From Trypethelium eluteriae (lineage: Eukaryota): a stretch of 55,697 bases of DNA. A program made the position numbers and the translations under genes. Positions 45,661 to 55,697 of the stretch are shown here, one piece after another. Positions within the stretch are counted from its first letter, which is position 1, and the number at the start of each line of letters is the position of its first letter. Location: contig JAVECL010000011.1 of NCBI GenBank assembly GCA_051942245.1, positions 62,001 through 117,697 on the forward strand. Reading direction: 5' to 3'. The notes under the pieces were generated by a model. It saw only the letters and a list, made by a program, of their open reading frames with translations, did no database searches and had not been told where the DNA came from.

Positions 45661-47137
45661 TCATTCCAAAATCTCAGCACCGCCCCAATCGCTATCTTCG
45701 ACAATCGGTTGTGAAGTGATTTCCTCGGTCTTCTGTTTGCGAGGACTCTGCCGAGCAAGCAGATCGCTGGCGATGGAACTCACACCATCCTCGTCATCAT
45801 CCGCTCGGAATGCCCAGTCGTCTTCTAAATCCGCTGCAAGGCCTGGTGGAATTTTGAACTCAGCTGTAGGCTGATCGTCGTCCTCTTCATCTCCTACATC
45901 AATATCTTCCTCAGGGACATTCATGGATTCTAAGACAGCTTTTATCGCTGCATTTTCATTTGATTGTGTATCCGCTTTCTTGCTGGACTTCCACTTGAAT
46001 AGCCTCATAATCTCCTTCTGGCCTCGATTACGCAGAGTCAAGTCTTTCATGAGCATTGACCACTCCATTTCCACATTGCAGCTTGGGCAGGAGCCCTTTG
46101 TAGGAATAAGACTGTTCTGACTTCCATCTGGCGCAAGAAGCTCTTGGGATAGACAAGAAAGATGCCAGACTCCTTGACAAGTATCCCTAGGACATACCAG
46201 CGCAAGTGCTTTAGGCAGTTGGATCTCTTCCTTGCATTTCGTACAGTTATGTTTCACTGTATTCGTTGCAAGTGTCACTAAGGTCTTCTCCAGAAGTGGT
46301 TTCATAGAACTGTAGCCAAGATCTAATGAGCCCACCCCTTGTACCTGATCTGGACCAAGACTAATACCGTGATCTGTCCGGGTGGGCTTGGAAGGCGTAA
46401 AATTGATACTTATGCCATCGCGTATTGGTACGCTTACTCGCTCCTCAAGCACCTGCCAAGCCTTGTAGACATCGTCAGCGAAGAAACGAAGGCCGAGAGG
46501 CCAACGTTCAAAGCTCTTAACGCGAAGTAGCAAATGCAAATCTGACAGAATGACAGATAGCGATCTTGGGGGTGGCTTTCTCTTGAATTTTGCTGGCGCA
46601 CGCTTTTCCCGCTCGGCTTCAGGGAGATGGCGAGTCAGGTGCGTTTTCTGCCAGGCCCATCTATGGTGTTGGTTAGCTCTCTAGAAGAGGAGTTACAATA
46701 CAAAAGACGGGGGTTCGCCCACTCTTGGGCTTCGCAATTTGTACGATACCTTCGCGCGGGGGTTGATGTGAACGAGTACTCCGTAGACCGTGAGTTCTCC
46801 GCTACGAATTGCAAGGGAGGTTGCGCAATGATCAAAGCAAACCAAAAATTCTTTTCCTATCTGAAGACATCTCATTTGATGGGACTCATGATACTTACTC
46901 AAACTGTAGAGCTGCAATCTTGGAAGGGAAACCTGTCACGAGAACAGTCATCTCCCAGGGTCGCGATGATTTACCGCGCCAGACCCTGGAAGTGTGTGAC
47001 GCACCCCCTGGAGCAGAGCCATTATGTTGTTTTACGCGTCTCGGTGGATTTGGGGTGGATCCCACGTACAGTGAATTCCGGCGGACGGTGGACCGAAGCA
47101 GATAGCAGCAGTAGAAGGCCGGGATCGGTGTCTCCAT
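45661..47137 (-). CDS. SLX1: Structure-specific endonuclease subunit (GIY-YIG + C-terminal Zn finger)
   Basis: [31 protein letters not shown] and AALQFEWAWQ (spanning intron 46661-46898); CTKC...C...C...HLSCL...CPSC. Confidence 0.95.
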
Positions 47138-47825
47138 GATTGCAACGAGCAGAAAGGAAGAAAACGTCCGGAAATAACAGGGTAGGGCTGCAGGAAAAAG
47201 CGTGATTGGCTCGGGCAGGGCTGCGGGAAGGTTAGATTTAGCTCTGGCTTGGGCTGATGTGCAGCTCGACTTCGATGCGTATTATATAAGATAGGTAGGC
47301 ACGTAGATTTAGATTGGCGATGCTAGCGAAAATCCTCCAACACACCTTGTCATTCATACCCCGAGGCTCGAGTGAGGACCACTTGAGCAAGTGCATTGGA
47401 CTCCGTGCCGCTGGCGTGTGCGGCTTGATTGCTTGCTTGCTTCATACGCTTAGTTCCTGAGTGCCACTATTCCTGGGTGCATCTGCCCTCGTTCAGCGGT
47501 CCTCAGTCTCTCCACACATCATCCCTCCGCTTTCCTCGTTCCTGTCCATCACCCATTCCCTTTCATCTGGCGGGCCTTCGTCCTTGCATCACTCGCTGCT
47601 CTCCTGGCCGAAGCCGGCTAGATATTCAGCATTAATATCGCAACGGCGGCGTCACTGGTGTAAAACATGATACGTTAACGGCCGCCGCCCTGCCTCTACA
47701 ACAGTTCCGCACCTGCAATTGCTCCGAGCCCCATTACAACTACCCATCCTTGGCTACATTCCTACCGAATCGCTTGTCACGACTGTCGCAATTCTCAAGG
47801 CTGGCGACGAGCGCAAACAAGTTAA

Positions 47826-52869
<5,044 letters not shown>

Positions 52870-53577
52870 GGACTGTCAGCTTGCATAAAAGGACTGTATT
52901 TCAATAATTTGATAGTGTTGCGCTTTCGCGCTACATGTTGCGATAGAAACAGAAAGCTCCGAGTAGCGAGCACTTCAAGGCGCGGTGGCCTTTCGCTGTT
53001 GTAAGCATAGAAGTTCGCGGCATACAACTCAGTGATGGGCCAGTTGCTGAATCTTTGTATCTCAGAATTTAAAATACCCACTTTAACTTGCTTGATTCGT
53101 GGTTCTGCAAAAAAGCTACCATACCACTGGTCATTTACACCTAGGCTTCTGCAAAGTCATGCGATGCAATGCGATAGGTTTGGATACTAGTAGTATTCCG
53201 TGTCAATTCGTCTCCATCTCGCAATTGATCTCTGGCCTAGCTGAAAACGACGATTGGTAGACAGAGAAGCAGGTTGTTGGAGGCGAAGTGTGGCCTCTTC
53301 TGCACCGTCCCGCAGCTCTGACGGTCTTGGCGTTTGGCCAATGTGGCCAACCTTTCTCCGTAAATACTCCGTACCTGGGTCACCGTGTTAGTACGAAGCG
53401 TAGTACGCAATCAATTCCTCCTATCCTACAGCACATCCTGAGCACATCCCGAGCATACGCTCTTGTGCCCAATTTTCCCTATTAACATGCCGCAATAGCA
53501 TGCTACTGCGCCATCTGTTGTTTTTCTCTGTATGATTTCGTCTTCATCTTGTCCCTCCTTCGCCTGGCCTCCCCGCC

Positions 53578-55697
53578 ATGCTGGGCCGCTTCACGACGTC
53601 GCGCAGGCTTGCACTCATTGCCCTTGTGACTTTCATTGTCAGTCTACTAATATTACAACGGACGTCGTATTCTGGTGGGTGGTCCACCGAGGATGCCTTC
53701 GGGAACAAATTGCCTCTCAGTGAGGACAACCCGGATAACAGATTGCCTGCAGACGATGTCGCAATACCCCAACCCTACCCACCGGGTCCCGGCCAGCGGC
53801 CAGAGGACCAAAAGGCAAAGGAGAAGGCAAAGACCAAGCCTACGTCGCTGCCTACGGCGATAGCCATCCCGTCGAAAGAAGATCCACCTCCGAAGAGACA
53901 GTATCCTTCGCCGCTGCCGCGAATGGGCGCGGAAGATACGCAGGCGTACGTTGAAGAGATGATACAGTGGGATAGACCACAGGTTGGTCATTGGCCATCG
54001 TACGGCGACTACGTTGGTGCAGACTACGATCCTAATCGGTGGGAGGGTTTTCAATCGTATGTCAATGTAATCTCTGTCCGTCCGTTGCAATGACTAATCA
54101 TTTATCTTCAGGGAGAATTCCTATTATACTAAAAACGGCGTAAAACTACTTCACAAGCAGAAAAGCGTAGCCCCAACACCTTATCTTCCATACCCAGACT
54201 ACAATTCCGCGGAATGGCGCGCGAAGTGGAAAGGAGAGTACGTGCCGTGCGAGGGGCCTAGGGGAAAGAATCTCAATGAAAGCATGGACGATCAAATCTA
54301 TGCATATCGCGATCTCCCAGAAGGATTCCCTGACTCGCAAGTCAACAACGCGGACATCACGGGGTTGAACACGAACATTTGCTTTGACCGATACAATCGG
54401 TATGGCGCTTTTGGCATGAGAGCTGGGGAAAAGGAAGATGTCTTCCAATGGAGAAAGCCAGAAGAGCAGCCAAGATGGGATCGTGTCCATTGGGGCAAGC
54501 TGCAAAATGAATGTTTGGTAAGAAATCAGGATCGATACGAAGCCTCGGTACGATCACCTTCTGTGCAATGGTCACCTTGGGAACTACCTGAGAATCATGC
54601 GCAAATGCCCATTATGGATAAGACAGCTACCTCGAATGCTCAATACAAGAAGAGGACTGCGATATTGATACGTGTTTGGGAAGGATACGATTATACCGAC
54701 AACGACATCCAAGCCATCCGCTCTATGATCTCGGAACTCTCCCTCTTTTCGGGAGGGGAATACCAAGTCTTCCTCTTCGTCAATATCAAGGACTACAATG
54801 CGGATATCTACGAAAATCAAGACGTCCATGACGACTTCCTTCGCCGAACCGTTCCAGAGGAGCTACGGGACATTGCTATTCTATGGACTGAAAAGGTGAC
54901 TCATGAATGGTACCCGTACGTTGGAGATTGGCAAGTATATTGGATGCAGTGGATGTCCGTACAATGGTTCTCAAAACATCACCCCGAATTCGAATACATC
55001 TGGAACTGGGAGACGGACGCCCGCTACACAGGCCACCACTACCACTTCCTCGAACAAATCGCCGAATTCGCCCGCAACGTACCCCGCAAACACCTCTGGG
55101 AGCGCAACAAGCGCCTCTACTTCCCCGCCGCCCACGGCACCTACGAGCAATTCCTCCAACAGACCGACGACCTCATCGCCGAAGCCACCAAAGCCGGCAC
55201 CATTTCCACCCCCGTCTGGGGGCCCGTCCCCTACGCCCAAACCCAAACGCCCCTCGGCCCGCACCCGCCGCGCCCCCAAGAGCAAGACAAATTCGAGTGG
55301 GGCGTCGGCGAAGAAGCGGACCTGATCACGCTGCAGCCGATCTGGGACCCTGCGCTGAGCGACTGGTCGTACAAGAACAAGATCTTCAACTTCGTCCCCG
55401 GAGTGCGTCCACACTTCACGCCCGAGAACGCCGCCGACGACGGGCATGACCACGAACTGTATCCGACTATCCCGCGGCGTGTCTTCATCAACACGGTTGC
55501 GCGCTTCTCGCGACGCATGCTCCATGCGATGCATGCGGAGAACCGCGCGGGGAGGTCGATGCAGGCGGAGATGTGGCCGGCGACGGTGGCGCTGCAGCAT
55601 GGGCTTAAGGCGGTGTATGCGCCTCATCCGATCTGGGTGGATAAGGAGTGGCCGGCGCGCTATATGGATGCAGTGTTTAATGCGAATGGCGGGAAGG
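53578..55697 (+). CDS. DUF3405 family type II membrane protein (3' end outside the window)
   Basis: N-terminal TM segment; intron 54057-54111; then an open frame to the window end with CFDRYNRYG, VHWGKLQNEC, RTAILIRVWEG, ISELSLFSGGEYQV, WNWETDARYTGH, WGVGEEADLITL and LQHGLKAVYAPHP. Confidence 0.85.

Noticed and set aside
54903..55627. Overlapping 140-218 aa ORFs near the window end
   Set aside because: They are alternative-frame by-products of the GC-rich DUF3405 coding sequence, whose true frame runs off the window.

Overview
This is eukaryotic DNA from a filamentous ascomycete (Pezizomycotina-like): gene-dense, with short (mostly 50-70 nt) GT-AG introns and CTRAC/CTAAC branch sites. About 23 protein-coding loci can be modelled by splicing the ORF track by hand. 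The left end holds an NRPS-like A-T-R reductase with an apparent frameshift, facing an AusD/Trt5-type methyltransferase; this may be the edge of a secondary-metabolite cluster. Next come a FMP42-like transporter, sulfite oxidase, an M28 glutamate carboxypeptidase, a GH10 xylanase, a flavin-reductase-domain protein, a GT31 glycosyltransferase, a CorA-like protein, a kinesin, an MFS transporter, a membrane protein with a probable GC-AG intron and a GFA protein. The right part holds a nucleotidyltransferase-like ORF, NAP and NmrA proteins, a tight housekeeping block (TRM61, QTRT2, thymidylate kinase, SLX1), a KDM5 demethylase and a partial DUF3405 gene. The most striking feature is a five-exon secreted KEX2-processed repeat protein (33473-34757, minus strand). 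It has a signal peptide, three divergent acidic units (two on their own exons) and seven near-identical Gln-initiated amphipathic 33-34 aa peptides separated by KR, so it looks like a ribosomal peptide precursor. Family names come from motif recognition only; no database search was run.
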